A stretch of DNA of 64,000 nt, from assembly GCA_963745235.1 (NCBI GenBank), contig CAVUXE010000037.1:1-64000 (forward strand), read 5' to 3'. This document shows positions 11,185 to 20,711 of the stretch, in pieces. The notes below the pieces were generated by a model that was given only the letters and a program-made list of their open reading frames with translations, did not search any database and had not been told where the DNA came from. A program made the position numbers and the translations under genes. Position 1 is the first letter of the stretch, and every line of letters starts with the position of its first letter. Source of the stretch: an uncultured Spirochaetota bacterium (GTDB lineage: Bacteria; Spirochaetota; Spirochaetia; SZUA-6; Fen-1364).

Positions 11185-12075
11185 ATGCAGGACTACAAGC
11201 TCGTTCAAACAGAAAAGGATGTTGCCGATCTGGCCGCGCGCCTGAGGGACAACGGCTGCGTCCGTGCTGCCATCGACATCGAGGGAGAGAACAACCTGCA
11301 CGCCTATGGCATCCGCGTGTCCCTCATCCAGGTCTTCGACGGCAGGCAGGCCTTCGTGATCGACGTGCTTTCGCTCCCCTCCCGCCGGGCCCTGGCATCT
11401 CTTTTGCAAGGATCCAGCTGGGTAAAGGTGATGTACGACGCGGCAAACGACATGCTCGCCTTCCAGCATGACCTGGGCATCAGTCCGGCGCCCATAGTCG
11501 ATGTGGCCATTGCGGCCCAGCTGCTGAAAAGGCCGGGCGGGCTTTCCGCCCTTTCTCCGAATGGCCGCTCACGCTCGTCCAAGGACAAGTTCCAGAAGGC
11601 AAACTGGATGAGGCGGCCGCTGCCGAGGGACCTGCTGGAATACGCCGTCTCCGACGTGCTCAGCCTGACCGAGATCGCGGATGAGCTGCTGGCCGAGCTG
11701 GCCCAGAAGAAGCTCATGATGGAGTTTCTCAGGAAGAACTGGGAAAGGCAGAGCATGGTGCGCAGCTGGAACCCGCTGGCAAACTACACGCGCATCCCGG
11801 GCTACAACCGCATGAACGCGGAGGCTAGGCGCCTGGCGCGGGTCCTGTGGTACGCGCGGGAGTATTATGCCAGAGAGCTCGACCTTTCCCCGGAAATGGT
11901 TGCCTCGAAGCAGCTCCTGAAAAGGATCATCGACGAGCGTGTCGGGGACGCTGACGGGATCATACGCATTCTGAATGAAGGGAGAAAACGCGGGCCCATA
12001 CAGGCGGCGGCGTTCACCACGTGCCTCCAGAAGGCCCAGACGGACGCGCCCGTCCAGGACGTCACAGGCAGATGA
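11185..12075 (+). CDS. Ribonuclease D-like 3'-5' exonuclease with HRDC-like region
   Basis: AIDIEG, SLIQV, FQKANWMRRPL, YAVSDV (DEDDy motifs). Confidence 0.85.
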   Translation: MQDYKLVQTEKDVADLAARLRDNGCVRAAIDIEGENNLHAYGIRVSLIQVFDGRQAFVIDVLSLPSRRALASLLQGSSWVKVMYDAANDMLAFQHDLGISPAPIVDVAIAAQLLKRPGGLSALSPNGRSRSSKDKFQKANWMRRPLPRDLLEYAVSDVLSLTEIADELLAELAQKKLMMEFLRKNWERQSMVRSWNPLANYTRIPGYNRMNAEARRLARVLWYAREYYARELDLSPEMVASKQLLKRIIDERVGDADGIIRILNEGRKRGPIQAAAFTTCLQKAQTDAPVQDVTGR

Positions 12076-14484
12076 GGTTTCCTCCCATCATCTCCGCCGT
12101 GACGGGGTGGCAAGTGAACGCAATAAGCTGCTTCTCCCGCGCAAAGGAGCGCAGTGCCGCGGCAGCCGCCTTCTGACGATCGGGATCCATCTCGGAAAGG
12201 GGATCATCCAGCATCAGAAACCCGTCGGTATCACGCAGGAAGAACGACGCCATGGCGAGCCGGAGGGCAAGGGCGAGCATGTCCCTGGTCCCGCCGGAAA
12301 GAAGCTCCCACCCCAGCACGCGGCCTTTGCCATCCGCAAGGCCCCGAGGGAGAGAACCCTCCAGGGCGACACCCCCATGACGACCCGCGCTCATGGCCCC
12401 GATGAGCGGCTCCAGCGCGGCGCGCATCCCGCTGATCACCGCGGTGTCGCTCGTGCCGAGGAGCTCGTCCGCAACCGTGGTGATGCGCTTGAGGGCCCGC
12501 CCGCGGCGGAGCGCGCCCTGGAAATCCTTGTCCGCCGCGCCACGCATCTGTGCCAGCTCCTCGGAGGACTGATCGGGTGCCTGCTTTTCCAGGTCTCGTT
12601 TCTCGTCCGCGTACCTCGCCTTCTCATCCCCCCGGTTTTTCAGCTCGTCCCGCGCGGTCTCATACGCGCGAAGGAACGACTGCGGATCCTCGAACCCCGC
12701 GGGCAGCGGCGCGCACTGGGAAACCTGGAGGGATATCTCCTGCTCCCGAAGCCGGGTGTCGGCCAGCCGGTCCACCACTGTTTCGAGCTTCCCGAAGCGT
12801 TCCGTCCACTCGAGGAGCCGCCCCGACAGCTCCTTGCGTTCGCGGCCGAGGGCTTCGCCGTCCGCCTGGAGCCGCACAAGCATCGCGCTGACCTCCGCCA
12901 GGGACCTCGCTGACCGGGCGGGGCCCAGGGCCGCCACCGCCGCTTCCAGCTCCTTCGCGGATTGCCCGCCAAGCTCCTCGCGGAGATTGTTTTCAGCAGC
13001 CCTCAGCGCCGCCGCGTGCGCGTCCGCCGCCCGGGCGCGCTCTTCCGCATCCTCCAACCCAGCCACACCGTGGAGCGCCAGGAGCTGTTTCAGTGTCTCA
13101 CGCGCGGCTGCCTCCTCGCGGGAGGCGGCGAGCGCGCCGGCGTCACCTGAGCGCACCTCGATCTCCATTTCCGGTGAGACCAGGCGGATGCGACCGGCGG
13201 CACGAAGCTCGATGCTCTGACCCCTGCCGACCCGCTTTCGCTTCTCCGGGCCGAAGTCCTCCTGGACAAGGACTTCAGAGTCCGAGCGGGCGGCCACGGT
13301 GAGGGTGAGCTTCGCCGCCTCCACGCCGGCTTTGAGCGTCGTGGCGGTCTGGGCCGCCCTGCGAATCTCTTCCAGGTCTTTTCGTGACAGCGTCCGGGCT
13401 GCCAGCGCGAGCCGTCGAGCCTCCTCGAGCTGCTCTTTTCTGCGAAGAACGCGCGCGTGCCTCTCCCGCAGCGCGCGGCCTTCCTCCTGGACGCGTGCTT
13501 CCCTGGCCTCCTCTTCCAACGGGGTCCGGGACCCGGCGATCTCTTTCAGCCTTTGATCGATCTCCCGTGCCCTGCTTTCCGCCACCGGCCACTCCCGGCT
13601 CACCGCGTGGAGGTCCCTCTGCTCGAGCTGGATGGCCGTGCGCTGCGCCTCCAGGGTCTGCCCGGCTGGTTGCATCCTTCTCCGCCTTGCGGTTGGCCGT
13701 GAGGAAGCTGTCAGCCGCTGAAGCCGCCTGCTCGACGGCACGAAGCCTGCCGTTCACGAGGTCCAGCGCTGCTTCATACGCCACCGCCCGGCCATGCCGC
13801 GCCCTGAGCTCCTCACGCGCATACCATGCGGCGAGAATGGCGCCCACCTCTTTTTTCCACGGCTTCTCGGTCCCCCGGCCGGCTTCGGGTCCCTGGGAAC
13901 GGTCGTCCCAGTGCTGGAAGCTCTCTCTCATCCGGTCTGCAAGGAGGGCCCGAAACTCATCCACGGGAATGCCGCCTGTTTCCAGGACGGTTCGTCGGAG
14001 CATGTCGGCAAGGTCCGAGACCGCGCCCCCGCCGTCCGCGCGCAGAGACTCGACGGTGCGGGAAAGCTCCGACTGCCCTGTCATGAGGACTTTCCAGAAC
14101 GTGCCCTGCCGGACCGGAAGAGCGGACTGGAGCTTTTCCCTGATCCTCTCATCGTCGGCAAGGATGCCGCCGCCGGGCAGGAGGAGCTCGGAGCCGGCTC
14201 CTGCGCCCCACTGGCGCTTGAGCACCCAGCGGCCCTCACCCGTGGTGAACTCCAGCTCCAGCCGCGCCATGTCCCCGCCCTCCGCCGGAAGGTGGCGGGC
14301 CATGAGCTTGTCGAACTCCGGCTTCCTCGAGCCGGGTGCGAAGGAGGGAGCTCCTGATTGCAGAGAAGATGGTCGACTTCCCCGCCTCGTTCGGCCCCAG
14401 GACCACGTTGAGCCCGGGCGCGAACCCGATCTCCCGGTCCGAGAAGAAGCCGAAGGGATGGACCCGAAGCCTGGTGACAATCAT
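12062..14484 (-). CDS. SbcC/Rad50/YhaN-like coiled-coil ATPase, frameshifts at ~14335 and ~13675
   Basis: Walker A GPNEAGKST in ORF 14236..14484; long coiled coil; LSGGT...LALRL, LMLDDPL, FTCH at the C-terminus. Confidence 0.88.
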
Positions 14485-15593
14485 TGCCGCGTCTCGTCCA
14501 GGAGCTCCTGGGCCAGGGAGAGCGCTTCAGCGTCTCCCGCCTCCGCGAGCCGGGTGAGAAGCTGGTGGGGAAAAGACCCCTGGGGATACTCGCGGTCGAT
14601 GCTTTCAATGGTAATTTCTTCCGCCAGGCCGCCAGTCCGCAGGTCGCTGTAAAGCAGGTTGTCCGCCAGCCGCTGACCGAAAAGACCGACGTCGGAAATC
14701 ACCTCCCGGGACACTCTCCCCGCAAGCTCCGCGCGGAGGAGGATCGAACGGGCGCTGCTCCCGGAGTACTTCTGCAGCATGCGTTCCAGGTCCTCAGGGC
14801 CGGAGACGGCTATGGTCTCTTCGACGAAACGAAGGCTTCCCGTGGGGACCCGGGCGGCTTCCACCCCTTCTGCCGAGAGGTTCAGGTGCCATGCCGAGCC
14901 CCCGTGGCGACAGTCGAAACCGTCAGGCTCAGGGGTGCCCGGGTTGAAGATCCTGTCCCGCCCGCCGGGGGCGGAGGGATACGGCGTGTGCGTGTGACCG
15001 AGGAGCCATACCTCCAGGCCCAAAGCCAGGAGCTCAGCGGTCTTCATGGGGTAGTAATTCTCCGTGAAGTCCGGAGAGAAGCCCTCCAGGCTTCCGTGGG
15101 CAACGCCGATGTGATGGGCCACGCCGGGATCCCGCGGCGCGCCCTTCAGCCACTGGATTGCGTTGGACCGGGAATGCTTCGAGGTGCAGGGCCCCGGGTA
15201 GAGGCACGCGTCGACGTCGTAGCGCGCCAGGGGGTAGGGCCGGGGCTCGTCAAGAAGCAGGACCGCGTCCCTGCAGGCGGAGCGGAACGCGGGCCACAGC
15301 GAGTCTCCGGGACCCAGGTAGTCATGGTTTCCGGGGAGCACGGCAACGAGCCTCCCGGAGAAAGACCCGAGGGCCGCCGCCGCCCTCTGGATGTCCCTGC
15401 GCGTGGCGGAAACCCGGTCGAAAAGGTCCCCCGCCACGACAAACAGGTCGCACCGCCTCCGCCCCGCCTCTTCCACCATGCGCTCCAGGCAGGTGAAGCG
15501 GGACTCCACGAGCGCGGCCTGGGGGCCTTCGGGATAGCCGGCGAACTTCATCCCGAGGTGGAGGTCAGATGTCAGGAAAACCGAGAGCGTCAT
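14481..15593 (-). CDS. SbcD/Mre11/YhaO-like metallophosphoesterase
   Basis: SDLHLG, AGDLFD, PGNHD, AHGS, LGHTH, PGTPEP. Confidence 0.92.
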   Translation of the reverse strand: MTLSVFLTSDLHLGMKFAGYPEGPQAALVESRFTCLERMVEEAGRRRCDLFVVAGDLFDRVSATRRDIQRAAAALGSFSGRLVAVLPGNHDYLGPGDSLWPAFRSACRDAVLLLDEPRPYPLARYDVDACLYPGPCTSKHSRSNAIQWLKGAPRDPGVAHHIGVAHGSLEGFSPDFTENYYPMKTAELLALGLEVWLLGHTHTPYPSAPGGRDRIFNPGTPEPDGFDCRHGGSAWHLNLSAEGVEAARVPTGSLRFVEETIAVSGPEDLERMLQKYSGSSARSILLRAELAGRVSREVISDVGLFGQRLADNLLYSDLRTGGLAEEITIESIDREYPQGSFPHQLLTRLAEAGDAEALSLAQELLDETRQ

Positions 15594-15615
15594 GGCGATG
15601 CCCCCGGGAGACGGG

Positions 15616-16170
15616 CTACTTCTGCTGGGGGGCCGGCCCGGTTCCCGGGGCGGCGAGCTGGGCCATCTCCTCCTTGGTGGCGTCCCGGATCTTCACGATC
15701 TCCACGTCGAAGGTGAGATCCTTGCCGGCAAGGGGGTGGTTGAAGTCAACGACGACGGTCTTGTCCTTCACCTCCGCGATCTTCACGGGATAGGGCCCCG
15801 TTGGAGTCTGCACCACGAAGCGCTCTCCGACGCTGAAAGTTGCATCCTTCGGGAACTTCTCCTTGGGGACCTCCTGGAGCGCCGCGTTGTCGTACTCCCC
15901 ATAGGCATCCGCCGCCTTGATGGTGATCTTCTTCTTGTCCCCGACCTTCATCCCCAGGAGCGCCTTCTCCAGGCTGGGGATCAGCTTCCCGGCCCCCACC
16001 ATGAACTCAAGCGGCTTGTCCTTCTCGGACTGGCCGAAGACCGATCCATCCGCGAGGGTCCCTTTGTAGCTCATCGAGATGACTTTCTTGTCCTTTACGG
16101 TCAGGGGCGCGCACCCGACCACCGCAAGGGCAACCAGGATGAGCGCGACCCGTCCAGCTGTCAGTTTCAT
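15616..16170 (-). CDS. SlyD-type FKBP peptidyl-prolyl isomerase with lipoprotein-like signal peptide
   Basis: YKGTLADGSVF, AYGEYD, VDFNHPLAGKDLTFDVEI; N-terminus MKLTAGRVALILVALAVVGC. Confidence 0.9.
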   Translation of the reverse strand: MKLTAGRVALILVALAVVGCAPLTVKDKKVISMSYKGTLADGSVFGQSEKDKPLEFMVGAGKLIPSLEKALLGMKVGDKKKITIKAADAYGEYDNAALQEVPKEKFPKDATFSVGERFVVQTPTGPYPVKIAEVKDKTVVVDFNHPLAGKDLTFDVEIVKIRDATKEEMAQLAAPGTGPAPQQK

Positions 16171-16230
16171 GCGCGAGAGCATAGACCCCTTTTCCCTTCG
16201 GGGGCAAGTGGCGTAGAATCTTTCGACCGC

Positions 16231-18576
16231 ATGATACCTCTCGCGCAGCTTCGCGACTTTCGCCTCTTTGCAGCCAACCCGAGCTTTGCCAATCCTTCCT
16301 GGGAACAGGCCTCCCCGCGCGTGCTGATCCTGCGGCTTTCCACTTTTTCCGACGTGGAGCGCTCGACGCCGCACGTGTTCCTGGCCGGCGACATCCGCCG
16401 GCAGAACGCTTCCGCGTTTGTCGACATGGCGTTTCTGCCCCAGCGGGACGACGAGCGGATGATGGAGGAAGCAGGCCTTCCCCTCATCCTGGGAACGCAG
16501 TCCTACCGCCCGGTCCAGGAGTTCGACGTGGTCCTTGTCTCCAACTCCTATCTCCTGGAGCTCGTCAACCTGCCCTTTCTCTTTTCGCATTCGGGCATTC
16601 CGCTGTGGTCCAGGCAGAGGGACGAGCGATGGCCTCCGGTGATCCTGGGAGGCTCCAACGCCTCCGCGGCCCATGCCCTGGTCTCGGAGGACGGAGACTG
16701 CATGGTGGACGCTATTTTCTTCGGAGAAGGGGAGAACGTGGTCGGCGGCATGGTACGGCAATTTCATGATCGGGCGGATCTTCCGCGGCAGGCGCGCCTT
16801 GAGAAAGTTGCCGCCGGGGTCGACGGCTTGTGGGTGGCGGGTCAGGAAGCGCGAGAAGTGCACCGCGCGCGATGCGAGGTCGGCGCGTTGTCCGCGGAAC
16901 AGTTGTATCAGCCGGTGCTGCCGGGGGCCGAGGCGACCACGGCGCGCCTTTCCATCACACTCGGCTGCCCGTGCGTGTGCTCATTCTGCTTCGAGGGGCA
17001 TGACCGCAGGCCGTTTCGGGAGATTCCGGCCGACTCCCTCATCACGGCGGCGCGCACGCTCAAGAGGGAAACAGGAGCGAGCACGCTGGAGCTTTCGAGC
17101 TTCAACTTCAACACGCACTCGGAGCTTGCGAGGCTGCTGATCGAGCTCAACCGCCTGTTTCTCCGCGTGAACCTCATGAGCCAGCGCGTGGACATCCTGG
17201 CGCGCACCCCGGGTCTCCTTGACCTGGAGCTTGCCGCGGACAAGCGCAGCTTCACCCTCGGCATCGAAGGGATCAGCGGACGCCAGCGGCGGTTTCTGCG
17301 CAAGAGCCTGCCGGACGCCGACATCCAGCGGGCCCTGGAGGCCCTGCACGGCCACAGGATCCGGGAGGTCAAGCTCTTCTATATCCTCACGGGCCGGGAG
17401 ACAGAGGAGGATTTCGCGGAGTTCGCCGGCTTCGTGAAATGGATGAAAGAGCTGCGCCGGAGGTCCGAGGCGCCCCCGCGCGCGGTCTTCAGCTTCGGGC
17501 GGCTGGTGCGCATGCCTTTCACGCCCCTGCGCCATGACCCGCCGGTCCTGACGGATGCCGCCTGGCGTCCGCTCCTTGGAAGGGCAAAATCCATCTGCGA
17601 AACGAACGGCCTGGAGTTCCGGCTTTCCCAGTCATGGCCGGAGTACGCCGCCACCCAGGCCCTCGCGATGGATGACCCCTCGGTTGCAGACCTGCTGGTC
17701 CGACTGTCCGAGAGAGACGGCGTTCCCGAAAAAGAGGTGGAGGCGTGGATCAGCGGGCGAAGCGGGCAGGGCGGGGACGGCGACCAGGAAAGGCCTCGCG
17801 CGTTTTCTTTCCTGGAAACGGAGCCGAGCAGGAAGTCGCTCCTGCGCCAGTACCTCGACGCAAAGGCGGGCAAAGACGGGGCGTACGCCCTCTCCACGGG
17901 CCGACGAAGCGTGCAGACGGAAAGCGTGCACAAGCTTTCCGGGATAACGCAGGCGAAGCACAAGCTCGTGCCCGTCTACCGGGAGGTCCTCCTTCCCCGT
18001 GAGACTGCGCTCCTGGGGACCGAATGGATGGAAAGCTGGCTGATGCGCCGGTTCCTGGCGCTCTGCCCCGCGCAGACGGACAATGTGCTGTCCATCCGGG
18101 AGAGCCTCCTGGCGCCCTCGGAGGCCCTGGGAGCCGACATCCCCTGGTTCGGCAGGTCCGTGGCGGCCGTCACGGCGTGGGACCTGCAGTCCTTTGCGGA
18201 GGCCGCGAGCGGCGTGCCTGAGCTCTTCGATGCCGAGAGGCGGCATTTCGTGCCCGGGAGCTGGACGGACATGCGCGTTTCCCTCTGGCTGCCGGCGGCT
18301 CATTTTCCGCGGCCGGCGGACCGGCTTGCGGAGTTCCTTCGGGACTCTCACGCTCCGGTGACCATCAGGCGGAACGGGGACGCGTTCACCTTCGTCGTGC
18401 CCGAAAAGTCGGCCCGCAGGAAGGCCGTCCTTTCGGGGAGCGGCGCAGGGACGGATGAGGGCGCCACCCTGGAGCTGTCCCTGGGAGCGAAGTTCCGGCT
18501 CGAAGATTTCCTTGTGTCCTTCGGCAGCCGGTCAGCCTCCCGCGGCGCTCTCACGGAAGTCCTCAGCGTCAGGTGA
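16231..18576 (+). CDS. Radical SAM protein with B12-binding-like N-domain and long C-terminal extension
   Basis: GCPCVCSFCFEG (CxxxCxxC), FFGEGE, FTLGIEG; the upstream part of ORF 15592 overlaps the SlyD gene and is discounted. Confidence 0.8.
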   Translation: MIPLAQLRDFRLFAANPSFANPSWEQASPRVLILRLSTFSDVERSTPHVFLAGDIRRQNASAFVDMAFLPQRDDERMMEEAGLPLILGTQSYRPVQEFDVVLVSNSYLLELVNLPFLFSHSGIPLWSRQRDERWPPVILGGSNASAAHALVSEDGDCMVDAIFFGEGENVVGGMVRQFHDRADLPRQARLEKVAAGVDGLWVAGQEAREVHRARCEVGALSAEQLYQPVLPGAEATTARLSITLGCPCVCSFCFEGHDRRPFREIPADSLITAARTLKRETGASTLELSSFNFNTHSELARLLIELNRLFLRVNLMSQRVDILARTPGLLDLELAADKRSFTLGIEGISGRQRRFLRKSLPDADIQRALEALHGHRIREVKLFYILTGRETEEDFAEFAGFVKWMKELRRRSEAPPRAVFSFGRLVRMPFTPLRHDPPVLTDAAWRPLLGRAKSICETNGLEFRLSQSWPEYAATQALAMDDPSVADLLVRLSERDGVPEKEVEAWISGRSGQGGDGDQERPRAFSFLETEPSRKSLLRQYLDAKAGKDGAYALSTGRRSVQTESVHKLSGITQAKHKLVPVYREVLLPRETALLGTEWMESWLMRRFLALCPAQTDNVLSIRESLLAPSEALGADIPWFGRSVAAVTAWDLQSFAEAASGVPELFDAERRHFVPGSWTDMRVSLWLPAAHFPRPADRLAEFLRDSHAPVTIRRNGDAFTFVVPEKSARRKAVLSGSGAGTDEGATLELSLGAKFRLEDFLVSFGSRSASRGALTEVLSVR

Positions 18577-18589
18577 CGGTGCCGGCGGT

Positions 18590-18976
18590 CTACTCCGGGT
18601 GAGCGCGGGCGGCCTCTCCGGCGTGATCGGCCGCAGCGGCGGCGTCACGGGGCCAGTTCTCCTGCAGGTTCTTCTTGATGGCTTCGTAGGGATAGGCCCC
18701 TGTCAGGCGCATCCTCGCCTCACCCTTCCAGAAGAGCATGATGGTGGGTATTCCCTGCACCTGGTAGGCCTGCGCTATGAGCGGTTTCCTGTCGACGTTG
18801 ACCTTCACGGTAAGGAGCAGCCCCGCGTACTCGCGAGCGAGCCGCTCGATTGACGGAGAAACGGTCCGGCAGGGACCGCACCACTCCGCCCAGAAATCCA
18901 CCAGGACGGGCTTTTCCGAGGTCCGGACGAGCTCGAAGAAAGAGGCGGGAAGCTGTCCGTGGTTTGCCTCAGGCAT
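18590..18976 (-). CDS. trxA: Thioredoxin
   Basis: VDFWAEWCGPC, GIPT. Confidence 0.93.
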   Translation of the reverse strand: MPEANHGQLPASFFELVRTSEKPVLVDFWAEWCGPCRTVSPSIERLAREYAGLLLTVKVNVDRKPLIAQAYQVQGIPTIMLFWKGEARMRLTGAYPYEAIKKNLQENWPRDAAAAADHAGEAARAHPE

Positions 18977-19066
18977 TCCCTGGCATCTCCTGTCGCAGAT
19001 AAGATACTCAAGCCGCACGGAATGGGACAATTGCCACGGCCGTCCGCGCCGGCTACACTCTTTGCC

Positions 19067-19660
19067 ATGCAGGCAGAAACGCACATACCGACCCGACCCG
19101 AGGCGTACAAGCTCGTATGCGAATACATCACGAACCAGAACCTGGTGGCGCACGTCCTTGCGGTGGAAGGGGTCATGCGGTACATGGCCCGCAAGCTCGG
19201 AGAGGACGAGGAGAAGTGGGGCATCATCGGTCTTGCCCATGACATCGACTACGAGAAGTTTCCCGAGCTTCATTGCAGGAAGAGCCCGGAGATCCTTCAG
19301 CAGGCGGGCTGGCCGGAGGACTACATCCGGGCCATCGTGAGCCACGGGTGGGGACTCTGCTCGGACGTCGAGCCCCGGGAACGAATGGAAAAAGTCCTCT
19401 ATGCGATCGACGAGCTCACCGGGCTGGTGGTGGCTACCGCGCTGATGCGGCCTTCGCGCAGCGTCATGGACATGGAGGCGCGCTCGGTCCTCAAGAAGTG
19501 GAAGAACGAGCGGTTCGCCGCGGGAGTGAAGAGACCCGTCATCGAGAAGGGCGCCGCAATGCTCGGCGTCGGCCTGGAAGAGCTGATCACCGACACGATC
19601 ATGGGAATGCGTGACGTGGCGAAGGAGATCGGCCTGGCCGGCTCTCCGTCAGGCTCGTGA
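19067..19660 (+). CDS. HD-domain hydrolase
   Basis: HVLAVE, LAHDIDYE, IVSHG, AIDELTG. Confidence 0.88.
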   Translation: MQAETHIPTRPEAYKLVCEYITNQNLVAHVLAVEGVMRYMARKLGEDEEKWGIIGLAHDIDYEKFPELHCRKSPEILQQAGWPEDYIRAIVSHGWGLCSDVEPRERMEKVLYAIDELTGLVVATALMRPSRSVMDMEARSVLKKWKNERFAAGVKRPVIEKGAAMLGVGLEELITDTIMGMRDVAKEIGLAGSPSGS

Positions 19661-20602
19661 GGGAAGGGCCTCCATTCCACGCTCCACCAGGAACATGTCC
19701 GTGGCTGCCCGCGTGGGGATGCCCTGCTGACCGCCAGGCTGAGTGGCCTTGAGCGCCGCAACGGCGGAAGCGAACCGAACCCTCTCCGCCATGCTCATGG
19801 CTTCGCAGAGCGCCGCCGCGTAGGCGCCGTGGAACACGTCCCCGCAGCCGTTCGTGTCGACCACGGAGACCCGGAACGCGGGCTGGTGGCAGACCCGGTC
19901 AGGCTCCTCCCGGGAGGCGTACCAGGCGCCTTGCGCGCCGCCGGTGACGACAACGGCCGCGCGGTCCTTGTCCCAGAGCCCGCGGACTGAAGACGCCGCA
20001 TCCGCCGCTCCCGTCCTTTCCAGCGCATAGTCCAGGGGAAGCACGAGGTGATCCGAAAGAGAAACGATCTCTTCCTGCAGCGGTTCTCCCCGTCGCTCGA
20101 AGTCGGCGACAATAGGGATCCCCGCCGCCCGGGCAATCCGCGCGGCACGGACCATCCCTTGCATCCCCGCATGGTCCACCAGCAGGACGCGGCAGCTCCG
20201 CAGGTAGTCCGCGGAGGGCCCCGACGGATCGGCGCCTACAACGCCGCTCGAATCGAAGAGGATGGTGCGCGTGAGGCGCGCTGTGTCCACGAGAATCGTG
20301 GAGTAGAACGGTTGGGTGCCCGGCCTTCGCACCACGTGATCCACGGAGATCCCCTCCGCCTCGAGCTTTTCAAGGATGAAAAGAGAAAGCGCATCCTCCC
20401 CGAGGCATCCGGCGTAGGAGCAGCTTCGTCCCATGCGTCGCGCGGCCACCAGGGCGGTGCCTGCCAGCCCGCCGGCATGTCTCTCCCGACGAAGGACGGC
20501 TGTCTTGGTGTCCGGCCGCGGGAACTCCTTGAGAAACAGGATGTCATCAACGGCCACCGCGCCCAGGCCAAGGACGTCGGCGCCGGCGGGCTGTCCTTCC
20601 AT
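19649..20602 (-). CDS. PfkB family carbohydrate kinase
   Basis: GGLAGTALVA, VVVTGGAQG, DTNGCGDVFHGA. Confidence 0.92.
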   Translation of the reverse strand: MEGQPAGADVLGLGAVAVDDILFLKEFPRPDTKTAVLRRERHAGGLAGTALVAARRMGRSCSYAGCLGEDALSLFILEKLEAEGISVDHVVRRPGTQPFYSTILVDTARLTRTILFDSSGVVGADPSGPSADYLRSCRVLLVDHAGMQGMVRAARIARAAGIPIVADFERRGEPLQEEIVSLSDHLVLPLDYALERTGAADAASSVRGLWDKDRAAVVVTGGAQGAWYASREEPDRVCHQPAFRVSVVDTNGCGDVFHGAYAAALCEAMSMAERVRFASAVAALKATQPGGQQGIPTRAATDMFLVERGMEALPSRA

Positions 20603-20711
20603 GGTGGCATATTCAAGGAAACGCCGGGCCGGGTCAAGCTCAGGCGGCAGGCAGTGCGCATTCTTGACGCTGAATCGTTGGACGGCATACATTTCCAGCG
20701 GGAGGGGATCC

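Noticed and set aside
15592-16230. N-terminal extension of the 994-aa ORF (similarly 28619..29626 and 38182..38850)
   Set aside because: They overlap genuine genes; conserved sequence starts downstream
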